Shown here piece by piece: positions 55,280 through 64,000 of a DNA stretch of 64,000 nt. This stretch comes from Chlorokybus atmophyticus (lineage: Eukaryota > Plantae > Mesostigma and Chlorokybus algae): contig RHPI01002998.1 in NCBI GenBank assembly GCA_009103225.1, forward strand, positions 95,813 through 159,812, given 5' to 3'. The position numbers were made by a program, and so were the translations under genes. The notes beneath the pieces are model-generated. The model made no database searches. It saw only the letters and a program-made list of their open reading frames with translations, and was not told the origin of the DNA. Within the stretch, counting starts at the first letter, position 1. Every line of letters begins with the position of its first letter.

Positions 55280-56055
55280 TCAGGCGGGAGATGGACTTGG
55301 CGCTTGGGCAGCTTGCGAGCAAGGCAGTGGGGGCGGGCGCCTTGTTCTTGGTCGGGGCACTTCTTTCAACAGCCTTGACTGACTTGGGCACCAGTAGCAA
55401 TTGGGCAGCAGGTCAGAATAAGGCGCGCAAGCATCCTGCAATTGAAGGAGGTTCAGGGGTGGTCCAGTCCCACACCAGTTCAAGTCACAGACTGTGCAAA
55501 CAAGCGCAATGTCAGCTGGTGCACGTACCGCAAAGTTGTCCGCAATGTACTGCGGCATTGCGTCACAGGTATCAATGGCGTTGGTGAACACGCGCACGGT
55601 GGAGGGGTCAAAATTGAACTGCCACTGTGGACAGAAAGCCGAAGGCTGCTTCACAACCAAGCCCAGCACGTGTGCAGTGGCCCCACTCTGCAACGCCGCA
55701 CGAGCTTTGGCAATCTGCGCCGGATCTGTCATCCTGAAAGGCAAGCCACTGTGTGTGAGCGGTTGCCACATACAAGCACATGTATACCACTTGCAGCACA
55801 GCAAACGTACTTGATGATGAACTTTGGTTCGACTGCTGCCGGGAAGCCAATGTGGAAGAAAGTCACATTTGGGGAAGGAGGAGGAGGAGGTGGCCTTGGA
55901 GGTGGCGGTGAATGCAGCGGCTGAGGAGGAGGAGGAGGCGAGGGAGGAGGACAGGGATCTGGCGTGAACGCCACTCGCCCGCGCAGAGGTGGCGAATGGC
56001 TCAGAGCCGGCATTAGCAAAGACAGGAACAGCACCGTCCTGTAGAGATTCTCCAT
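55280..56055 (-). CDS. Secreted protein: signal peptide, extensin-like SPPPP linker and BP74-like domain, 3 exons
   Basis: MENLYRTVLFLSLLMPALS; CPPPSPPPPPQ...PPPPPPSP; FIIK|MTDPAQIAKARAAL...HVLGLVVKQPSAFCPQWQFNFDPSTVRVFTNAIDTCDAMPQYIADNFA|DACAPYSDLLPNCYWCPSQSRLLKEV. Splice phases are consistent. Confidence 0.75.
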
Positions 56056-57785
56056 GCTGAGTTGAGAACCTGTGACAAGAATACGTTAATGTGCATTCGG
56101 TCAACATAGCAACTGTTGCCAGGTATGCACGCAGACTGCTGGAGACGTCAAGCCTAATGTTGCAAAACTAATTTTGCAACGCAGCACACAGATCATCTTG
56201 CATTGCAACCGCTTGAAAGTGATCTGTAAAACGGCAAACACGCTTAACCAATCCACTGCTGCTTGGTTTGGACACTGTGCGGACATGAGCATAATGCTCC
56301 ATCATTAGCTTACTGTGAAGTATAGATTAGCCAGAGCTGCGTAGCAGCAGATAATTATATGTAGAAAGTGCAAATCAAGCTTACCCCGCAATGACTTGCC
56401 AGCACGCAACGGATCAACCCTGATCACTGCAGCTGGTAACGAAGCCAGGAGACACAACAACCTTACTACAGCGAAGCACGACTTCCACCTAGGGGTTTAA
56501 CAGCGGCGGACAACTATTTGACTCAACGAGCAATGTACAGCAAGAGCTACACCTTTGCGCTTGCTGTCAGGCAAGCTCGACACAGTAGCTTCTAGAATGC
56601 ACCAACTCCGGTGTGTCCACTTATGAATACCAGTCTGGCCATCAGCGTTTCAGAGAAAGACCAGCACAAAGCTCACCTCTACCAAGCTGCTGCCGCAGTA
56701 GACGCCAGCAACCTCCAGCCTGTGCTGGGCTAACGGGCTAATGGGCGGGCGGGAAAGCCTGCTTTGAGCAAACTTGGCTGGCTTGCTGGACTTCCCGCCC
56801 AAGCGAAAAGATTTCCTGACAGCTTGACAACCAGCCACCTAGCCAACGGCCTCCCTGTCGCTGCCGCCGCCGCCACTGCCGCCCGCCGCCGCCAACTGTG
56901 CCGCTCTAAAACCAGAGCGTTATATTTTGCCTCAAAGCGTCAGACTCACCCTTTCACCTGTTTTGGGCAGTCAACTTGACCGCGTTCACCAAGCTGCGGT
57001 GACGATGGCGTATTTTCCGTTCGTATGGTGCTGTTTACCGCCTTTTTGACCGCTCCTCCGTCGGTTTTTCGCGGTTGGACTGAACCGACTTCAGTTACTT
57101 CGCCTAATCCACTACCCGTTTGTGTAGTCTGTCCGCTTGCGGCGGAGGGATCAGACCGGTTGAATCAATTTGAACATGCCGCCGCGCTATCGGACACGGT
57201 TGCTCGTCTTTGTCACGTGCTGTGGCAGTGTTGCAGCGTGAGTCAGGCCACCCTGACGTGCCTGACGAAATCGCGACGTGATTGCCACGGCACCTTTATT
57301 CAACAGATGGCAATGATTGCTGCTAGGCAGGCAAGGAGGTGGTTGACTGTCATCAGTGATGGCTCGTCACCTCAGGCCATGACAACCGCATGAATTTATG
57401 TTACCAAAGGTTGCTCGGACCCACAAGTCAAGTGATGCGAGTCATCTTGATGTTCTTGCAAGTTGCAATCCTGAAGCGAAGTTACGTACTGCACCTGCGG
57501 GTCATGACTCATGAGCTCCATTGCTTCACTGACAGTGACTGACTGTACAAAGCGACCTAACCATGAGCAATGCATGAATGATAGATCGGAGGTCATGGGT
57601 CGTAGGTATTATATCACACATTCTGCGTAATACTCGACGATGATGCGATAGTGTCACGCCCATTCGTAATCTACGTCTGCTGTGTCGCTGCTGTTCCAGC
57701 ACTTGAAACTACAGCCTAGGGTAGGCAAGGTACGTACGTTCCCCAAAGGAGCGCTCGTAAACTGTCACACCCAAATACGCTATAC

Positions 57786-58043
57786 CGTAACTATACACGC
57801 GTCTGTGCACCGCGTCACACAGCGGTATACTGGTTGTGATACAAGTTACGCAGGTTACGCAACGTAACTATGAAAGCTGCGGCCAGTTACGCACCGTAAC
57901 GCATGTGTACGATCTTTTAGCCGTCGCAGGTGCCATCCCGACCGCATCATCGCGCCAACGGTACGGCAATAGGCGGGAGCGTGCCTGTGCATTGGCGGCC
58001 GTTGCGCGTTTGTAACCGGTCAGCGTCAGCCGTTTCATGTAAC
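57786..58043. promoter_or_regulatory. Cluster of CGTAAC/GTTACG motifs including two GTTACG-N3-CGTAAC palindromes
   Basis: Hexamers at 57786, 57845, 57854, 57863, 57886 and 57895, plus GTAAC at 58012 and 58039, upstream of the PDRG1 ATG. Confidence 0.55.
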
Positions 58044-58282
58044 GTACGTGGCCTTTTCTGATTATATCATCTATGATGCTAAATCACATGTTATAATACA
58101 TGATGTAGTACGGCTGCGCCAGGCACGATCTCTCCCCAACTGATCCAGCCAGTGAGAAGGACACAGTTGTTCAGTAATCTTTTTCCGTTACATGATCCAG
58201 GAGCACCTTGAGGCGCACAAGCCGCACAGGACGCACAAGCCAAGCCAGGCCAGGCCAGGCCAAGGCAGTGGGTCTGGCGGCA

Positions 58283-58896
58283 ATGGAGGCGCTGCTCGGG
58301 CGGTTGGCGGAGGTGGAGGCGGCAGAGGAGGCGGCGGCGAGGGGCAGGGCGGCGGTAGCGGAGGCGGAGCAGCGGCACCAGGCCAACCGGGAAGCCCTCT
58401 GGGCGCTGCGGGGGCGGCCAAGCAAGGGCGAGCGGGTGTGGATGAGCTGGCGCGATGGGGTCACAGTGAGAGTGTCTGTGGCAGAAGCCGTCAAGACCAC
58501 TGAAACGGGCAAGCATATTTAACAGTGTGTCTCACACTTGCCTGATCGCCTGAATGCTGCGCATGTCGTGACAATGCTTACGTTTGTAAATGCATGCAAG
58601 GTTTGTCAACATTTGGCATAAATGATTGCGTTGACAGCGTCGTGTACATGGTGCATGCAAACTTGCAATTGATTCCTGCGATCAAACCAACGCATGCCTT
58701 GAAATGCACAATGCATGCCTTTACTGTGCATCATCATCACCACCACCATCACCACCACGTAGAACAAGCTCGCATAGACGAGGAGCTGCCTCGCCTTCGG
58801 CAGCTGGTGAAAGAGCGGGAGGCCGCCGCCGCCAAGTACAGCAGCGTTGCGGGCGAGTCAAGCCTCGTGAGCACGCTGATGGCCAGCGAGGGATAA
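58283..58896 (+). CDS. PDRG1: Prefoldin-like protein, PDRG1-like, 2 exons with GC-AG intron
   Basis: MEALLGRLAEVEAAEE...QANREALWAL...VWMSWRDGVTVRVSVAEAVKTTET|EQARIDEELPRLRQLVKE. The NREAL motif and helix-hairpin-helix layout fit, and intron 58509-58762 restores the frame. Confidence 0.7.
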
Positions 58897-59494
58897 GCTA
58901 CTGTTGCTTGGTTTGGGATGGGTTGTTAATACTGCTGTAGATTGTGTATGTCTACGTATATTTACGTGTACGTGTGGGCGGGTGTATGAAAAGGACAGTG
59001 CAAGGCTGTTGCGTGCACTGTTGTGCTAGGCTAGTTTTTTTTGAGCAGTGTACAGTAAATGTGATATGTGACTGCCCATGCAAGTGTCCGTGCATACAAG
59101 CATGGTGTCATACATGCACACAACATGGCAAGCTCGCTACTTACCTACCAACTCATCATCAACACGACATGTTCACCACCGTGTGCTGATAGGCACTGCA
59201 TAAAGCTGATGAAATATGCCACACGTCAACACAACACCATACAATGAAACACAACACAACAGTTTGAATTAAATCTGAGGTTGCACCAGTGGAGCAACCA
59301 GACTTGCCTGTCGCAAAACAGCTCAGCACTAGGCCAGCATGACAACTGGGCCAGCATGAGCTACTATGGTAAGTTCCTTGGTGTGCGGGGCGGTGGATGA
59401 GCGTGCAGTGCACGTTGCATCGTAACCATGAACTGTGGGATTACAAAATGCGATGCAGTGTTAGTGTACCGCATGCAGAGTTATTTCCACGCAA

Positions 59495-59987
<493 letters not shown>

Positions 59988-60304
59988 NCAAGCTGCAGTA
60001 CACTACATTGCACATTGTCAGCTTGCAAATAGATACAAAGCAATTAGTACACTATGAGTATACATTTACAGCAAGAAAGGACATGCAGTACACACGGTCA
60101 TAGAACTCTTGCACACGAGCAACTTCTGCCGCATTGTGTGTGCAGACAGTAGGAGCACGAGCAGCGCACACTACACTGTAGCAGCATTGAGCACAGCACA
60201 CACTTTCCCACTCATGCTGGTGTTCAAGCTCACTCATCAGTAAGCTCACCCGTAATCAAGTCCGCAACAAGCAGCAGGCTACTGCGTGCGTGCGTGTCCG
60301 TAGC

Positions 60305-62695
60305 ATGGCGGCGGCGGTGGCGGTGGTGTCGCTGGCCGAGCTCGACGCGCTGCCCCTGACGGACTGCGCGGCGCTCCTGGCCCAGGTACCCTGCTGGTCG
60401 TGCCGGTAAAGCTGTCCTTCCACTGAGTGCCTGCCGCATTCCTAGACACTGCATGCTCCAGCGCTCACATGGCAGGCGGGGCCAGCTGTCAAGTTGAAGC
60501 GCTTGAGTCATTGTCGCATGCAAGCTGTGCTGAGTTGTTCGCTACAAGCTTCTGAGCCAAGCCTGCGCTGGGCGGGGTTCCGCTAGCTCTGAGGAGGCAT
60601 TGGCTGCTGTCGTTGTAGCAATCGAAGTCGATGTTCTAGGGGGGATGGTTGCTAGGGTTTGCATGTATGGCGTCTGCGTCGGTCTGTTGCTTGCCTCGCA
60701 CCATTTGAGAAGGTTGGACGGACAGTACGGTGACATCAGGAATACGTCAGCTCGTCTCACCTGAATACGCCCGAAACACAGCCATGCCTTCTCCTGCGAC
60801 ATGTCCAGTTCTATATGTTGCAAGTCCGTGTCTTTTGTGTTCTCTTGGTGCTGGCCTTGCGTATGCCCTGCTTTTATTGCTAGTTCTTGTAAGTCCTCAG
60901 CACACACCCCAGGTGTTGTTGTGTAGTTCTTATGCCATTGGATGAGTTTGCAAGAATCTTGTATGAGTCGCACGCGCAGAAGGAATTATGCAGTGATCGT
61001 CGCACAATGACGTCTCATGCATAAAAGGAGTGCAGACATGGGCACCTGAACAATCTCTGTCCCACCATCTCGCATGTCTGGTGACATGAGCATTCTACAT
61101 GCGCATTCGTCCCCTGGTCTCTTAGCTTGTTTCACGTCATGTATTAGCACTACATGCTGACAATGTAACACGACTGATCGTTCTTTCGCACTGCTTGCGC
61201 TGCAGGCGTGTACTTCGCCATTGTGGGCACAGCTTGTCGCATGCCGTCGACCATTTGCCACAGTTGATGGATTGCTGAGGGTCGCTCGCTCAAGCTGGTA
61301 GTGCGTGTATTTGCCTGTCCGCACAAGCTTTGTGTGCGTGTTAACGATTGTGCAAGTACACTTCTCAAATTGGGCTGGTGACACAGGTGGGAAGTGCCGG
61401 TTCAAGCCTGGTTTGAGGCGTTTTCGGGGCATCCTCGGATAGGCGATGCTGCAGCAGCACGCGCTAGATTCAGCACACATGAGTAAGTAGGCCTACCAAC
61501 CAGCATGACAAATGCACGCACGCACGCGCATTGTGTCGTGCGAACTATTGTCACAATCCCGCACACCCGCATGCACACAGACGTACGCTGCATGCACAGT
61601 TGAATCCGATTAGTTCCACGCACGTTCGGTTGTTGTCAGTTGGCGGCAGTGATGTTGCTATGCTTGCCAACTCATGGCTGTGGCAAATACACTGTACCTC
61701 TCCACCCATGATGTGGCATGTCACAGGCTGTCAGAAAGCGAGCAGGCTGTGGCTTTGCAAACAGCTGACCCGCGCATTGCAGAGGTAAGTACATGCATTG
61801 GTTGTCTTAGCTAGTGCTTGCCCTGTGTGCTGACCGGTTCATCGGCGTCGCACAAGCAGAGGCTCGCCACTTGGAATCACCAGTACGAAGCCAAATTTGG
61901 CCATGTGTTCCTTATATGCGCGTCCGGCAAAAGCAGCTCTCAGATCTTAGAGGCACTTCAAGTAAGCTGTATGCAATCGCAATTGCAGCGCGTGCTTGCA
62001 TGCGTGTGTATGTGTGCGTGCGTGCGCGTGCGCGTGCGAGTGCCAGTGCCAGTGCCAGTGCCAGTGCGTGTATTTTCTTGCACATGTACTGCAAAAGAGA
62101 CACAAGCGAGTACACGTTGCAACTGTTATTTTGTACAATTGTGCAGGAAAGGTACGTTAACACGCCATACGCCGAGCTGCGCGTAGCAGCAGGACAGCAG
62201 ATGCAGATCACGGAGCTAAGGCTGCGCCGGTTGATAACCGACTTCTCCTCTGCCGACATTGTTGCCGACCGTCGCGCCGGCAGCATCAGCGCCCACTTGA
62301 CTCCCGCAACGCCGCCCTCGCGATCGCCCATAACCACGCATTGCCTCGACATCACGCTCGGGCGGCCCGCTGCCAACATGCGCGTGACGCTGCACAGAAA
62401 ACGAAGCGGAGGCGATCATGTTGATGATGATATCTGGTACAACGTTGGCTCCTCTGTTACTGATGCCGACGGTCGCGCGCACGGGTTGTTGCCTCCCGGC
62501 AACACTTTGGAAGCCGGCGTGTACAAGTTGACATTCGACACGGGTGCATACTTGCAGCGGGTCAACAATGGAAGCAGAGGGTTCTTCCCGTTCGTGCCTC
62601 TAGTGTTTGAAGTGCTGCCTACGCAAACCAATGAGCACTTTCATGTCCCTCTCCTGCTCGCACCGTTCTCGTTCTCGACTTATAGAGGCAGCTGA
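60305..62695 (+). CDS. TTL: Transthyretin-like bifunctional OHCU decarboxylase / 5-hydroxyisourate hydrolase (urate catabolism), 6 exons
   Basis: EAFSGHPRIG; SESEQA; WNHQYEAKFGHVFLICASGKS; ERYVN...EL.VAAGQQMQITELRL; linker RAGSISAHL; PITTHCLD; TDADGR; GVYKLTFDTGAY; HFHVPLLLAPFSFSTYRGS*. Confidence 0.95.
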
Positions 62696-63253
62696 AATGG
62701 TCACTGGATAGCGCTTGTACATAGCTCATTCTTCAACAGCTATATTGCTTTGTGTATATACGATGTATATACGATGCTTGGAACAAAAAATCCTACAGGC
62801 TTGTTGCAATTTTCTCTCTAGGTCGTGTCATTTGCTTTTGCATGAATAAATGCTGGTTGGTAAAACCTGCCACCAACGGGCAATACAGTATCTGGAATAG
62901 CCACGTTGCGACTTGGCAGCACTACTGCATGTGCGCAATACCATGGCATACAGGGTAGTAAAGTCCATGGCATAATCGCAGCACCATGTAAAGCAACAGA
63001 AACCGCGTTGACAGGACACTTGAACAACACGTGAGTCATCCCTAGTAAGCATCAGTGCAATGCAACGCACGTTGCGGCCTCTCGCGGTCTCTGTTGTGCC
63101 AAGCAGGTTCAGAAAAGGCGGGAGGTGAATGCAATGTACTGCCTGTGGCTGGGACGCCATTCCGCCACAATGAGCCGTCGGAGCTCCGGCAACTTCTTGC
63201 CAACCTGCATGGTCTATGTCATGGGAAGTTCGACCGAGATTCCAGCCAATTCC

Positions 63254-63602
63254 TTAGCCGATTTTCGTCTTCTGCACATGGATTGAAGGCAGAACTGCGC
63301 CAGAGGCCGTGCAGTTGTTGTGGTTGTTGTGGTTGGCGGCGGCGGCGGCGGCGGCGGCGGGGCTGGTAGTTTGTTGGAGAGTTTCTACAGAGAACAACTG
63401 CTGCTTTTGCTGAGGAGGCGCCGTCTCCTCTGCGTCGGGATCAAGTGTGACTGAGCGAGTGAGTGAACGTCTGGGCCTCTTGGGTGGTGCAGTGTTGTTC
63501 TCAAGCCAATGCTTTCTTGTCGCAGTTTGTACGAGTGTAAAGGCGATAATGCCATGCAAGAATGACACCACTCGAGTGCTGTAGTGCCCATACAGCACTT
63601 GA
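63254..63602 (-). CDS. Probable terminal exon of an unidentified protein whose 5' part lies at or beyond the right edge
   Basis: An AG acceptor is followed by an open frame (VLYGHYSTRVVSFLHGIIAFTLVQTATRKHWLE..., low-complexity tail, stop at 63254). No family recognised. Confidence 0.4.
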
Positions 63603-63938
63603 GCACATGGCACCACCAATCTCTCTATCATCATGGATATGCAAGTGTTGACTCCGTCAGTACTGCCACCATGCCCAACTGCACACATAGCCTTACACGC
63701 ACACCTAATCATGCCATCGCACAGTCAACGTGGCTGTGTATGTTGGAGAATCACTATCGCGTGAGTAGCAAAATTGTGGTATTGAGCTGCAGGTAAGCAT
63801 GTGACTCGTGTGTCCTCCTAAGTCACATCACCTACCTAGCAAGCGCTTTGTTGCCGGGCGTTTTTTTACTGCGAATAGTATACGAGTAGTTTGCAGCCAC
63901 CTGCGGACTACCAATATAGTTCTCGTATCAACGCACAC

Positions 63939-63942
<4 letters not shown>

Positions 63943-64000
<58 letters not shown>
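63943..64000. repeat. (AG)n microsatellite at the window edge
   Basis: Pure AG repeat. Confidence 0.95.

Noticed and set aside
57025-57393. ORF in a CpG-rich stretch
   Set aside because: It has no recognisable motif or codon bias, and is more likely promoter or 5' UTR sequence of the BP74-like gene region.
58729-58758. Poly-His ORF in PDRG1
   Set aside because: It is a CAT/CAC repeat inside the intron just before the acceptor; the spliced frame excludes it.

Overview
Eukaryotic nuclear DNA: intron-rich, standard genetic code, moderate GC, one N gap and several collapsed or gap-filled microsatellites. Gene content suggests a green plant with a flagellate stage, most plausibly an early-diverging streptophyte alga. 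This is an inference from a plastid-targeted SBEII, a plant-type UXT transporter, SIP/raffinose synthase, fused DEP1 and TTL enzymes, and axonemal DNAL1. Genes reconstructed by hand from splice signals, left to right: a plastid-targeted multi-SnoaL/NTF2-like protein (runs off the left edge); a TPR/HPDK pseudogene hit by a chromovirus LTR derivative; a spinster-type MFS pseudogene; a VOC/glyoxalase; UXT; starch branching enzyme II; a secreted 2H phosphoesterase; a GH36 SIP/raffinose synthase; SAE2/UBA2; DNAL1; DEP1 (mtnB-mtnC fusion); a PAP/fibrillin; a decayed LRR/intronless-ORF block; a restriction-like-endonuclease retrotransposon fragment; a secreted BP74-domain protein; PDRG1; TTL; and the last exon of an unidentified gene. 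The best candidate for a new system is the branching enzyme, which ends in a complete CP12-type redox tail ([21 protein letters not shown]), suggesting thioredoxin/GAPDH-linked control of starch branching. Also notable are seven consecutive head-to-head gene pairs, a clustered palindromic GTTACG-N3-CGTAAC promoter motif, and several intron-containing genes of bacterial/fungal-type families (SnoaL repeat, VOC, 2H, BP74). Exon boundaries were read by eye and family assignments come from recalled motifs, not database searches.
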